The position numbers and the translations under genes are program-made. A stretch of DNA of 64,000 bases from Planctomycetota bacterium (GTDB lineage Bacteria; Planctomycetota; B15-G4; JADJEK01): NCBI GenBank assembly GCA_044225365.1, contig JBGAIQ010000015.1, forward strand, positions 5,346 to 69,345, written 5' to 3'. The notes beneath the pieces are model-generated. The model was not told where the DNA came from and did not search any database. It saw nothing but the letters and a program-made list of their open reading frames with translations. Each line of letters begins with the position of its first letter. Position 1 is the stretch's first letter. Shown in pieces: positions 37,336-46,906 of the stretch.

Positions 37336-39390
37336 ATGCACCGCTCGGTCAACGCGCGCACGGCGCCCCCGTTCCTCGGCTTCCTCGGTCTCCTTGTCGG
37401 CCTCTGCGGAGCATCGTCGGCGTTGTCCGCCACGCATGACGACGGCGGAGACTACTTCTGGAACGGGGCGGACCGGATCGACGTGACCGTCGATTCGAGC
37501 CAGCTCGGCGTCCTCCTCCCCAAGTCCGTCGACGAGTCCGAGGCGCGGGCGATCGTCGGCGCTTCGAGCGTGGTCGACCCGGATCGGCTGAATACCGCGG
37601 TGTACGTGAAAGGGCACATCTTCCAGGTGCCGATGCGCAAGGGCGTCACGGTGCAAGCTGCGCTCGAAGGGTCGCGCGAACTCGGGGCGCGCGCCGACGT
37701 ACTCGCCGCGGGGCCCCGTTTCCTGGCCGGCGTCGAACCCTACTACGTCACGGACGAGATCCTGGTGCGGTGGCGCGTCGGCACGCCGGTCGACACGATC
37801 GCGAACCTCGAGCGTGCGCATGGGCTCGCGCGAAGCGGGAAACTCGACTACGCGGTGAATCCCGGTGTCGTGTACCGCCTGCCGCACGGCAAGAGTCTCG
37901 ACGCCTTCTCCATCACGCGCCGGCTCGTCGAGAGCGGAGCCGTTTCGTTCGCGATCCCGGACTTCTCGGTCCAGCGCGTGCCGTACGCGACGACGAACGA
38001 CGCACTCTTCCCGAATCAGTGGCACCTCGAATCGACGGGCCAGAACGGCGCGAAGCCGAACGCGGACGTCGACATCCAGGGCGCATGGGACGTGACGCGC
38101 GGCGATCCGAGCGTGATCGTCGCGATGGTCGACACCGGCGTCGAACTCGCGCATCCGGATCTCGTGCCCAATCTCGTGCCGGGCACCGACGTGCTCGACA
38201 ACGACAGCAATCCGCAGGCGACCGACTACTTCTTCGGCCTCTTCACCGAGAACCACGGGACGTCGACGTCGGGCATCGCGTGCGGCGCGGGTGACAACGG
38301 AATCGGGATCAGCGGCGCGGCGCAGCACTGCAAGGTCATGCCGATCCGCTTCCTCTCCGAGTTCATCCTCGTCCAGCCCACGATCCAGGACGAGGCCGAC
38401 GCGTTCAACTTCGCGCGCGCGAACGGCGCCGCAGTGATCAACAACTCGTGGGGACCGTCGGCCGCCGCGGCGCTGCCGGCATCGACGAAGGCGGCGATCG
38501 ACGATTGCGTGGCGAACGGTCGCGGCGGCCTCGGAACGATGGTCTTCTTCGCGGCCGGCAATTCCGCGGTCGACGTCGCGACGAATGGCTACGCGGCCTA
38601 CGCGAACACGATCGCGGTCTCTGCTTCGACCGATCAGGATCTCTTCGCGAGCTATAGCAATTTCGGCAACGAGATCGATTTCGCGGCGCCGAGCAACGGT
38701 GGCGTCACGACGGGCACGTGGACGACCGACCGCTTCGGCAGCGTGGGCTACTCGGCGGGCGACTACACCGATGCGTTCGGCGGCACTTCGTCGGCCTCGC
38801 CACTCGCGGCGGGCATCGCGGCGCTCGTGCTCTCTGCGAATCCCTATCTCTCGTGGGACGAGGTACGCGACGTGATGCGCACGACCACGATCAAGATCGA
38901 TCTCGCGGGCGGTGCCTACGACGTGAACGGACACTCGTCGAAGTACGGCTACGGAAAGGTCAATGCGAACAACGCGGTGCACGAGGCGCTGAATCGACCG
39001 CCGCACGGCATCGAGATCTACGGAACGGGCCTCGCCGGCAGCTTCGGGCTCGTTCCGAAGCTCGGCGCCAATTCGGTTCCGAAGGCGGGAAACGCGGGCT
39101 TCGCGCTCACGCTGCAGAATGCGCTCGCCAACGGTTCGGGCTCGCTGCTCATCGGCTTCGCGCCGCTGAATCTTCCCGTGCTCGGGGGCACGCTGCTCGT
39201 CGACGTCATCGGCCCGAGCTTCATCCTGCCGCTGCCCGTCGGCCCCTCCGGCTCGCAGACGATTCCGTTGCCGATCCCGAGCTCACCTTCGCCGGTCGGT
39301 GTCGCGTTCTATTCGCAGTGGATCGGGAACGATCCTGGCGCAATGCACGGCTACGCGTTCTCGCGCGGCGTGAAGGCGACGATCCAGTAG
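37336..39390 (+). CDS. Secreted S8 subtilase with shared C-terminal domain
   Basis: Catalytic triad motifs VDTG, HGTSTSG and GTSSASP; oxyanion FAAGN; signal peptide and prodomain. Confidence 0.93.
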   Translation: MHRSVNARTAPPFLGFLGLLVGLCGASSALSATHDDGGDYFWNGADRIDVTVDSSQLGVLLPKSVDESEARAIVGASSVVDPDRLNTAVYVKGHIFQVPMRKGVTVQAALEGSRELGARADVLAAGPRFLAGVEPYYVTDEILVRWRVGTPVDTIANLERAHGLARSGKLDYAVNPGVVYRLPHGKSLDAFSITRRLVESGAVSFAIPDFSVQRVPYATTNDALFPNQWHLESTGQNGAKPNADVDIQGAWDVTRGDPSVIVAMVDTGVELAHPDLVPNLVPGTDVLDNDSNPQATDYFFGLFTENHGTSTSGIACGAGDNGIGISGAAQHCKVMPIRFLSEFILVQPTIQDEADAFNFARANGAAVINNSWGPSAAAALPASTKAAIDDCVANGRGGLGTMVFFAAGNSAVDVATNGYAAYANTIAVSASTDQDLFASYSNFGNEIDFAAPSNGGVTTGTWTTDRFGSVGYSAGDYTDAFGGTSSASPLAAGIAALVLSANPYLSWDEVRDVMRTTTIKIDLAGGAYDVNGHSSKYGYGKVNANNAVHEALNRPPHGIEIYGTGLAGSFGLVPKLGANSVPKAGNAGFALTLQNALANGSGSLLIGFAPLNLPVLGGTLLVDVIGPSFILPLPVGPSGSQTIPLPIPSSPSPVGVAFYSQWIGNDPGAMHGYAFSRGVKATIQ

Positions 39391-39402
39391 CGCGGGACCG
39401 TT

Positions 39403-40380
39403 CTACCCCGTGATGACGACGCGGGAGCCCTCGCGCACGGCTTCGACGAGCCGTGACAGGTCGCTCGGGGACAGCCAGATGTCGCCGGACGTGACGGTCG
39501 TGGGCGCGATCTTCGCACCGGCCTTCGCCGCGCGGATCGCGAGGCGTTCGACGTCGAGCGCGTCGGCATCGAGGCCGAGGTAGGCCTCTTCGATCGCTGC
39601 GGCGACGTGCTCCGCGCTTCCGCGCTCGGGCGGGATTCGCTTCAAGACCTTGGTCGTTCCGGTGGGCGTCGGTGTCGTCGCGGCGCCGCACGAGATCGGG
39701 ACGTACAGGAGGAGCGTCGACACGCTGTCCTCTCGCAGGTGCCACAGGGCGAGGCGCCGATGGGCGAGGTCGATCTCGATCTCGAGTTCGCCCTTGGACA
39801 GATCGACGATCTTGAGGCGCTGGCCGATGCGGAGCTTCGTCGGGTCGCTGCTCGGATTGTCGCGCTCGAGGAGCGCGGCGTCGATCTTGAACAACGGGGC
39901 GAGCTTCCACGGGGTCTCGCCGGCTTTCACGACGTGATGGCGGACGCTCACCGCGTCGCTGCCCTTGAAGCTCTCGCCGCTGAAGAACATCCGCTTCAGG
40001 AACGGCTCGAGGCGGTCGCCGAGCGCTCGCGCTTCGTCGGGCTCGCTGACGCGGATGCGCGCGCTGCCTTGGATCACGAGATCGGTGACCGCGTTCGGAT
40101 CCTTCTTCGCGAGCACGAACAGTGGATCGATCGGCGTCGCGGCGTGCTTCGCCTTGTCGACCGGCTTCGTGGGTGGAGGCGCGGACTCCTTCGCGGGAGG
40201 GTTCGCCTTCGATTCGTGGTCCGTCGCGGACGGCGGCGTTTCGCTCGCTGGCGCGTTGCGCAACTTGGTCGAAGTCGGACTCGGCGGGTTGATCGCCTGG
40301 ACTTCGTCGGCGGCCGGAGCGCAACCGAGGACGCCCGCCGCACCGAGGATGAGAGAACCGAACACGAAGGACCGTCGCAT
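39403..40380 (-). CDS. Lipoprotein with LysM and L,D-transpeptidase (YkuD)-like domain, catalytic residues missing
   Basis: MRRSFVFGSLILGAAGVLGC lipobox; HVVKAGETPWKLA...LRIGQRLKI (LysM); IEIDLAHRRLALW...YVPISCG...TPTPTG (YkuD). Confidence 0.85.
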   Translation of the reverse strand: MRRSFVFGSLILGAAGVLGCAPAADEVQAINPPSPTSTKLRNAPASETPPSATDHESKANPPAKESAPPPTKPVDKAKHAATPIDPLFVLAKKDPNAVTDLVIQGSARIRVSEPDEARALGDRLEPFLKRMFFSGESFKGSDAVSVRHHVVKAGETPWKLAPLFKIDAALLERDNPSSDPTKLRIGQRLKIVDLSKGELEIEIDLAHRRLALWHLREDSVSTLLLYVPISCGAATTPTPTGTTKVLKRIPPERGSAEHVAAAIEEAYLGLDADALDVERLAIRAAKAGAKIAPTTVTSGDIWLSPSDLSRLVEAVREGSRVVITG

Positions 40381-40452
40381 CGCGAGACCTCCTGCCGCAC
40401 CAGCGATCTTAGCGATAGCACCCGAAGGGCCGCTCTGTTCTTCACTCTTCCT

Positions 40453-40625
40453 GGACCGCCGCGCTCCAGCGCGGCCCCACAACGCGAAGACGGGTCGACA
40501 GCCGTCGACCCCTACGACTCGGCAATCGGACCGCCGCGCTCCAGCGCGGCCCCACAACGCGAAGACGGGTCGACAGCCGTCGACCCCTACGACTTGGCAT
40601 TCGGACCGCCGCGCTCCAGCGCGGC
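40453..40625. repeat. BIME-like array, 75-bp period, alternating two palindromic REP types
   Basis: GGACCGCCGCGCTCCAGCGCGGC at 40453, 40528 and 40603, alternating with GGGTCGACAGCCGTCGACCCCTAC (reverse complement starts GTAG). Confidence 0.9.
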
Positions 40626-40743
40626 CGCCGAAACCGTGGCCCGGCCCTCCGCCCTCACGAATCGAAGGCCATGCGCGGTTGCGCCGCCTTGGTGATAACT
40701 TGCGGGGCCTTGGTCTCATCCGTCCGTCGAAAGAAGGCTGAAG

Positions 40744-41880
40744 ATGTTGCATGCCGACCGCGTTGCGTTGGAAGGTGCGTCGCGTCGCGAGTTTCTCTCG
40801 CGCGTCTCGGCGGGGGCGTTGCTGCTGTCGCAAACCGGATTCGCACGAAGCGCCGTTTCCGCGCTCCCGCGCGCGATGGAGGGCAAGCCGCTCGGCGTCG
40901 CGCTCGTCGGGCTCGGTGGCCTGTCGACGAATCAGCTCGCACCGGCGCTGACGAAGACGACGCGATGCAAGCTCGCCGCGGTCGTCTCGGGATCGAAGGA
41001 CAAGCTCGCGCAGTGGGGCAGGGACCACTCGATCCCCGAGCGCTCGCTCTACACCTACGACGGCTTCGACGCGATCGCGAACGATCCCGCGGTCGATCTC
41101 GTCTACATCGTGCTCCCGAACAGCCAGCACTGCGAGTTCGCGATTCGTGCGGCGAAGGCGGGCAAGCACGTGCTCGTGGAGAAGCCGATGGCGGTGAGCG
41201 TCGCCGAGTGCGAGAAGATGATCGAAGCGGCGAAGCAGGCGAAGGTGCGCATCGGCGTCGCGTATCGCTGCCAGTTCGAGCCGCATCACGTCGAGTCGAT
41301 GCGTCTCGCCAAGGAGAAGGCGTTCGGCGAGACTCGATACGTCGAGGCGGGTTTCGGATTCGCGATCGGCGCGGCAGAGCAGTGGCGCCTTTCGAAGGCA
41401 CTCGCGGGCGGCGGCGCGATGATGGACGTCGGGATCTACGCACTCCAGGCGGTGCGTTATCTCACGAACGAAGAACCCGTTCGCGTGAGTGCGACCGAGG
41501 TGAAGACCGATCCGGTCAAGTTCAAGGAGGTCGACGAGACGATCGGTTTCACGCTCACATTCCCCTCCGGCATCCTCGCGCAGTGTTCGACGACGTACCG
41601 CTGGAACGGAACGAACTTCTTCCGCGTCACCGGTGATCGCGGGTTCTTCGAACTGCGCAACGCCTACGGCTACGGCGGACAGGGCGGAGTTCGCAGCGAT
41701 GGCAAGACGATCGCTTTCCCCGCGGTGGACCACTTCGCGACGATGCTCGATGCGTTTGCCGAATCGATCATCCAGGGCAAGCAAAGCCGCATCGATGGCG
41801 AAGAGGGCCTGAAGGACATGCGCGTGATCGAGGCGATCTATCGCTCGATCGCCGAGAAGAAGACGATCGAATTGAAGTGA
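40744..41880 (+). CDS. Tat-exported Gfo/Idh/MocA oxidoreductase (glucose-fructose oxidoreductase-like)
   Basis: SRREFL twin-arginine motif; GVALVGLG, AGKHVLVEKPMA and GGGAMMDVGIY. Confidence 0.93.
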   Translation: MLHADRVALEGASRREFLSRVSAGALLLSQTGFARSAVSALPRAMEGKPLGVALVGLGGLSTNQLAPALTKTTRCKLAAVVSGSKDKLAQWGRDHSIPERSLYTYDGFDAIANDPAVDLVYIVLPNSQHCEFAIRAAKAGKHVLVEKPMAVSVAECEKMIEAAKQAKVRIGVAYRCQFEPHHVESMRLAKEKAFGETRYVEAGFGFAIGAAEQWRLSKALAGGGAMMDVGIYALQAVRYLTNEEPVRVSATEVKTDPVKFKEVDETIGFTLTFPSGILAQCSTTYRWNGTNFFRVTGDRGFFELRNAYGYGGQGGVRSDGKTIAFPAVDHFATMLDAFAESIIQGKQSRIDGEEGLKDMRVIEAIYRSIAEKKTIELK

Positions 41881-41908
41881 GTCTCCGACCGGCGATTCTC
41901 GCTCGGTT

Positions 41909-42772
41909 TCAGCCGATCGCGGCGATCCAATCGGCGAGGAGCTTGTCGCCCGAGATGCCGAGAATTGTGTCGAACTCCGCGGGCTTCGTCGCAGCGAGGA
42001 GGCGGATGAGAGTCTCTCGTCCGAAGCGCTTGTCGATGTAGCGCACGAGCGAGCCGCAGACGGCGTAGCGGTACTTGCCGGACCAAGCGGTCGCTAGCGA
42101 TTTCGGCGCGGCGCCCGAGCGCACGGCCTCGATGTCCCGGCCGAGATGCTCGTGATCGAGTTGACCGGAGGCGTAGCACGCGAGGCCTTCGCAGAACCAG
42201 CCGACGTCGTCCATTCCGGTGAAGTCGCGGGTCGGGTTCTTCTGGCCGTGGAAGACGTGGAAGAGTTCGTGCGTGATGATCCGTTGGACCTGCTCGGCGT
42301 TGGATCCGTCGTGCTCGCACGCCTCGGTCTTCCAGACCGCGGGATCGAGGACCGCGAGGCCGTCGGCAACGCCGGTCGCGACCATCCAGCACTCCGTCTT
42401 GGGACCGCCGTAGCGTTTCTGCATGTAGGCATCGAAGTCCGCGCGATGCGGGAGGATCTCCACCTCGAACTTCGCGGGGAACTGTGTGCCGAAGAAGAGC
42501 TCGACGGAAGCGATGCCGATCTGAATGCGAGGATCGGTGGTCTTCGAAGCGTCGTCCTTGGGCGCCGTCGTCTCGACATGGGGTGCGGAGGGCTTCTCGG
42601 GAGCCGGCAGGGGAAGCTTCGCCGTTTCATTCCTGGCCGCTTTGCTCCCCGCGACATCCTTCCCCGCGTCGCCCGTCGTGGGCTGCGCGCAGCTCCACGC
42701 CATAGCGAGCGTGAGAGTCGTGATGAGAGTGGTTCCGACGGTGAGTCGGCCTCGCATGGCTCGAGTCGTCAT
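41909..42772 (-). CDS. Lipoprotein with zincin-like HEXXH peptidase domain
   Basis: Lipobox AWSC; IITHELFHVFH followed by WFCEGLACY (gluzincin-type third ligand). Confidence 0.8.
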   Translation of the reverse strand: MTTRAMRGRLTVGTTLITTLTLAMAWSCAQPTTGDAGKDVAGSKAARNETAKLPLPAPEKPSAPHVETTAPKDDASKTTDPRIQIGIASVELFFGTQFPAKFEVEILPHRADFDAYMQKRYGGPKTECWMVATGVADGLAVLDPAVWKTEACEHDGSNAEQVQRIITHELFHVFHGQKNPTRDFTGMDDVGWFCEGLACYASGQLDHEHLGRDIEAVRSGAAPKSLATAWSGKYRYAVCGSLVRYIDKRFGRETLIRLLAATKPAEFDTILGISGDKLLADWIAAIG

Positions 42773-43372
42773 TCTTGCTCCTTGCTGCGTCCGCGCTGAG
42801 TGTGCATTCCACGTCGTCGTGAAACCCGCGCGGGGCAACGGGGCAGACGCTACCAAGGTTCCCTGGCGAGCGGAATTCGGGAGCGGTGAATGGGCGCGAA
42901 CCGCGATCACGACGAGGAGGAGCATTCCTTCGTCGCTTCGACGAGGCTCGCCGGGGAGGCAATGCAAGGCGGCGCGGGTTCGCCCGCGCTTCGAGGCGGC
43001 AGCGGGTTCGAGAAGTGGGCTCCGCGGCGACTACGGAGCAGCGAGGCGAAAGCACGACACCGCGAGCGAGAGGTGGAGCGGCCACTCGTCGCAACGCGTC
43101 GTCGGTGACGCAAGAACCCATTCGGTGACGCCGAACGCGGCACAGACGGGAAGCAGCGAAGCAAAGGAGCAGGGATTCTGCATCGACATGATGAACTCCG
43201 GCACGGATCGAGTGGATTCGGCGCAGCAGGGCAAGAGGACCCGAGAACGGTGGCGGAAGGGGGAACGCAGCGCCCGCCCCGCCACAACGAAGAATCGGTT
43301 CCAGGTGGTGTTTCGCCTCGGCGGTGGTGTCCCACCGACCCGTTCGTGGGTTATCTTCGAAGCACGAAGGAC

Positions 43373-44134
43373 ATGTCGAAACCCGTGCACGAGAAGAGTC
43401 ACGCCTCGTTTCCCCCGACGCGACCGTCGATCGTAGTCGCGGCGAGCGATGGCGATCCGAACGTGCGTCGAGCGGCGTTCGAACGCGTAGCGTCCGCGTA
43501 CCTCGCGCCGATCTACGCCTACCTGCGACTGCGACACGGCAAATCGCGAGAGGACTCCGAGGACCTGCTGCAGAACGTCTTCGCGACGTTGTTCGAGCGT
43601 GATTCGCTCGCCACGTTCGATCCGACGAAGGCGCGCTTCCGCACGTTCCTGCGGGTCTGCGTCGATCGTCTCGTCCTGAATGCGAACGCCGCGGATCGGG
43701 CCGAGAAGCGGGGCGGCGGCGGAATTCGCATCGACATCGCCGATCTCGAGTCGCGACTCGGCGAGAGGGCGATCGAGCGAGCGTCGCGGGAGCCGATCGC
43801 GGACGCGGCGGAAGGCGAAGTCTTCTTCCTTCGCGAGTGGCGTCGCGCGCTCTTCACCTCCGCGATCGGCGAGGTGCGGGAGGATTGCGAGCGCCGTGGT
43901 CGCACGATGCGATTCTCGCTCTTTCGACGTCTCGACATCGAAGCGAGCGATCCTCGCCCGTCCTACGCCGAACTCGCGAAGGAGCATGGCGTCGACGTCA
44001 CGACCGTCACCAACGAACTCGCGGCTGCGCGCCGCGAGTTCCGCCGCGCGATCCTCGATCGGTTGCGCGAACAAACGACCGATGAGTCCGAATTCCGGGA
44101 GGAACTCGACGCGCTGCTCGGAGGGTCGCTGTGA
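43373..44134 (+). CDS. ECF sigma factor (kinase-associated type)
   Basis: FPPTRPSIV, YLAPIYAYLR, EDLLQNVF, FDPTKARFRTFL, RAEKRGGG and SYAELAKEHG; stop overlaps the kinase start (GTGA). Confidence 0.88.
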   Translation: MSKPVHEKSHASFPPTRPSIVVAASDGDPNVRRAAFERVASAYLAPIYAYLRLRHGKSREDSEDLLQNVFATLFERDSLATFDPTKARFRTFLRVCVDRLVLNANAADRAEKRGGGGIRIDIADLESRLGERAIERASREPIADAAEGEVFFLREWRRALFTSAIGEVREDCERRGRTMRFSLFRRLDIEASDPRPSYAELAKEHGVDVTTVTNELAAARREFRRAILDRLREQTTDESEFREELDALLGGSL

Positions 44135-45087
44135 CGGGCCTTGGCGACGACGCACTCGAACACCTGAGCTCGATCGCCCGCGATGGCGAACCGCCGAACC
44201 TCGAAGGGGATCGCTACATCGTGCACGATCGCATCGGTCGCGGCGCGATGGGCGAGGTGTGGCGTGCGCTCGATCGTTCGCTCGATCGCATGGTCGCGAT
44301 CAAGGTGTGCGCCGATGCACGTGACGCCGAAAAGGCGAGGCGGCGGTTCCACCGCGAGGCGCGGGTCGCCGCGCGCCTCGAGCATCCGTCGGTCCCGCCG
44401 ATCCACGAGATCGGCGTCCTCGAGGATGGCCGTCCGTGGTACGCGATGCGTCTCGTGGAGGGCCTCACTCTCACGCGGGCGGCGGAGGGAGTGGGATCGA
44501 GGAACGATCGCTTGCGCCTCTTCCTGAAGCTCTGTGAGCCGGTCGCGCATGCCCATCGACTCGGATACGTGCACCGCGACCTGAAGCCCGACAACGTCAT
44601 GGTCGGTCCGTCCGGCGAGGTGTACGTCATGGATTGGGGGCTCGCACATGCGGTGGCGAGGCCGGACGACGACGGATCGCCGATGGCGACGGCGGCGGGC
44701 ACGCCGGGCTACATGGCGCCGGAGCAGGCGAGCGGGGCGCGCGCTTCACCGCGCGAGGACGTGCATGCGCTCGGCGGCGTCCTCGTCTTTCTGCTCCTTC
44801 TCGACGTCGCGGCGAAGGATCCATTCGCTGCGCGCTCCGACGTGCCGCGACCGCTGCGCGCGATCTGCGCCCGCGCGCGCTCGATCGATCCGTCCCTGCG
44901 CTACGCGGACGCGTCGCTCCTCGCGCGCGACGTTGCGCGATTCCTCGATCGCGATCCTGTCGAAGCCTACGACGAGACCCTGTTCGAGAAGACGGCGCGG
45001 CAATTCCATCGCCATCGATTCCTCGTCCTCCTCGTCGCGTCCTACCTCGGCCTGCGCATGATCCTCTATTTCTGGTTTCGTGGTTAA
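44131..45087 (+). CDS. Ser/Thr protein kinase with C-terminal TM
   Basis: IGRGAMGEV, VAIK, HRDLKPDN, DWGLA and GTPGYMAPEQ. Confidence 0.92.
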   Translation: MTGLGDDALEHLSSIARDGEPPNLEGDRYIVHDRIGRGAMGEVWRALDRSLDRMVAIKVCADARDAEKARRRFHREARVAARLEHPSVPPIHEIGVLEDGRPWYAMRLVEGLTLTRAAEGVGSRNDRLRLFLKLCEPVAHAHRLGYVHRDLKPDNVMVGPSGEVYVMDWGLAHAVARPDDDGSPMATAAGTPGYMAPEQASGARASPREDVHALGGVLVFLLLLDVAAKDPFAARSDVPRPLRAICARARSIDPSLRYADASLLARDVARFLDRDPVEAYDETLFEKTARQFHRHRFLVLLVASYLGLRMILYFWFRG

Positions 45088-45149
45088 AGGGCCCACGAGG
45101 CGAGCGGAATAGAAGGCGACCCGTTCATCCCCGCTCGAAGGAAATCGAC

Positions 45150-45536
45150 ATGTCCAAGATCCTGCTCGCACTCGTACTCGGCGCCGTTCTCGGTTGCGTC
45201 GACGGTTGGACCGCCCGCTTCTACGACACGGTGAAGCCCGAGGAGTACCTCGGCATCATCGGAGGCTCGACGGTGAAGGGCGTCCTCACCGGCCTCGCCG
45301 CCGGATTCGCCGCGCGCAAGACGAACTCGCTGCGCGCCGGCATCCTCACCGGAGTGATCGTCGGCTTCGGCCTCTCGTTCGCCGTCGGCTACATGGTGGA
45401 GCACGGGGATCCCGCGAACGGAGTGGCCGGCAAGCCCGGCGCCTTTTGGCAGATCCTGCTTCCCGGCACCGCGCTCGGCGCGCTCGTCGGCATCGCGGCG
45501 CAGAAGTTCGGGAAGGCCCCGCAACCGGCGTCCTGA
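45150..45536 (+). CDS. Small membrane protein (about 4 TM)
   Basis: AAGGA SD; MSKILLALVLGAVLG...; Gly-rich hydrophobic helices. Confidence 0.8.
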   Translation: MSKILLALVLGAVLGCVDGWTARFYDTVKPEEYLGIIGGSTVKGVLTGLAAGFAARKTNSLRAGILTGVIVGFGLSFAVGYMVEHGDPANGVAGKPGAFWQILLPGTALGALVGIAAQKFGKAPQPAS

Positions 45537-45546
45537 GCGGATCTCG

Positions 45547-46722
45547 TCAGAGGGCGACTGCGAGCGCCTCGTACTCCGCGCGTTCGTTGTAGAGCTGCGC
45601 GGAGACGCGCAGCAGACGCTGCGGTGCTCGGGGCCACGGCATCACCGGGACTTCGATGCGATGCTCGAACAGCAGACGATCCTGCAGTGGGTCGGTGTCG
45701 AAGGCGCCCTGCGTTCCGGTGTCGCTGCGATCCTCGATGCGCACCGCGGCAAGGCTGCCGATCATCGATTCCGGACAGATCGGTTCGGTCTTCACGGAGT
45801 CGAGCAGGATCGCGCGGGCTTCGAGGGCAAGGGTGCGATTGCGCGATCGCACTTCTTCGATGCCACCCGGGACGACGCGGGCGAGGAAGTCGATCGCGTG
45901 CGGGACCGCGAGCCAGGCCGAGAAGTCGTCGGTGCCCGTCCAATCGAACTCGAGTCGAAAGCGCGAGCGCTCGGTCGTCGGCGCGTTCGCGCCGTGGCTG
46001 ATCACGGCGGGCCGCACTTCGCTCTGTTGGTCGCGACGCACGTAGAGGAAGGCCGCGCCCTTCGGCGCGCACATCCACTTGTGGCAGTTGCCCGTGTAGT
46101 ACGCGGCGCCGAGCTTTCCGAGCTCGTCGAGCGCGAGGGGGACCATGCCGGGCGCATGCGCGCCGTCGACGAGCGTGCGGATGCCACGAGCACTCATCGC
46201 CGCGAGAATCGCTTCGAGGGGCAGGACGAGTCCCGTTGGACTCGTGACGTGATCGACGAGAAGGAGCTTCGTGCGGCTCGTCGCCGCGGCGGCGATCGCA
46301 TTCACCACGTCGTTCGGGTCACGGATCGGGAACGGCAGGGTCGCGACGACGACTCGGGCGCCGCGCTCGTTCGCGACGTAGTCGAGCACGTTGCGACAGG
46401 CGTTGTACTCGTGATCCGTGACCAGGAGTTCGTCGCCAGGCTCGAGCGGGAGCGAGCGCAGCACGGAGTTCACGCCCTCCGTCGCGTTGCGAACGAAAGC
46501 GAGGCACTCGGGATCGGACCCGAGGAACTCACCAAGACGCGCCCTTGCGGCGTCGAGCAGCGCTGGGGCTTCGCGTACGAAGAACCGCACCGGCTCGCGC
46601 TCCATCTGATCGCGGAGTTCCATCTGACGGCGCAGGACGACGAGCGGCGTCGCGCCGAACGAGCCATGGTTCAGGAAGGCGATCGCGGGGTCGAGTTGCC
46701 AATGCGCTTTGAAGGGGTTCAT
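45547..46722 (-). CDS. PLP-dependent class V aminotransferase (isopenicillin N epimerase/EgtE-like)
   Basis: FLNHGSFGA, NATEG, DHVTSPTG, VDGAHAPG and GNCHKW (PLP lysine). Confidence 0.92.
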   Translation of the reverse strand: MNPFKAHWQLDPAIAFLNHGSFGATPLVVLRRQMELRDQMEREPVRFFVREAPALLDAARARLGEFLGSDPECLAFVRNATEGVNSVLRSLPLEPGDELLVTDHEYNACRNVLDYVANERGARVVVATLPFPIRDPNDVVNAIAAAATSRTKLLLVDHVTSPTGLVLPLEAILAAMSARGIRTLVDGAHAPGMVPLALDELGKLGAAYYTGNCHKWMCAPKGAAFLYVRRDQQSEVRPAVISHGANAPTTERSRFRLEFDWTGTDDFSAWLAVPHAIDFLARVVPGGIEEVRSRNRTLALEARAILLDSVKTEPICPESMIGSLAAVRIEDRSDTGTQGAFDTDPLQDRLLFEHRIEVPVMPWPRAPQRLLRVSAQLYNERAEYEALAVAL

Positions 46723-46840
46723 GCGTGCCGTTTCCTGCTCGTCAATACAGCGGGGCCACGATCATCGAATCACTCGCCGCGCGTTAGGCAAGCGGAGAAC
46801 GACCCGCTCGCAGTGTCTCGGGGACAATCGCGAAAGACGG

Positions 46841-46884
46841 GAAAGAAGAACGGCGCGACCCCGCATCCGGAGCCGCGCCGTTCA
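46841..46884 (-). terminator. Intrinsic terminator after the matrixin gene
   Basis: GAACGGCGCG...CGCGCCGTTC stem followed on the minus strand by TTCTTTC. Confidence 0.55.
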
Positions 46885-46906
46885 CTTCGATTCGATCGTG
46901 CTGCGC

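Noticed and set aside
40453-40625. CRISPR array
   Set aside because: The two intervening segments are near-identical and contain their own palindrome.
42780-43370. Small gene or ncRNA in the ~600-bp divergent intergenic region
   Set aside because: The short ORFs lack recognisable motifs and no convincing conserved structure was seen.
45547-46722. Beta-lactam biosynthesis (cefD)
   Set aside because: No other beta-lactam genes nearby; the family includes many C-S lyases, so no gene symbol was assigned.
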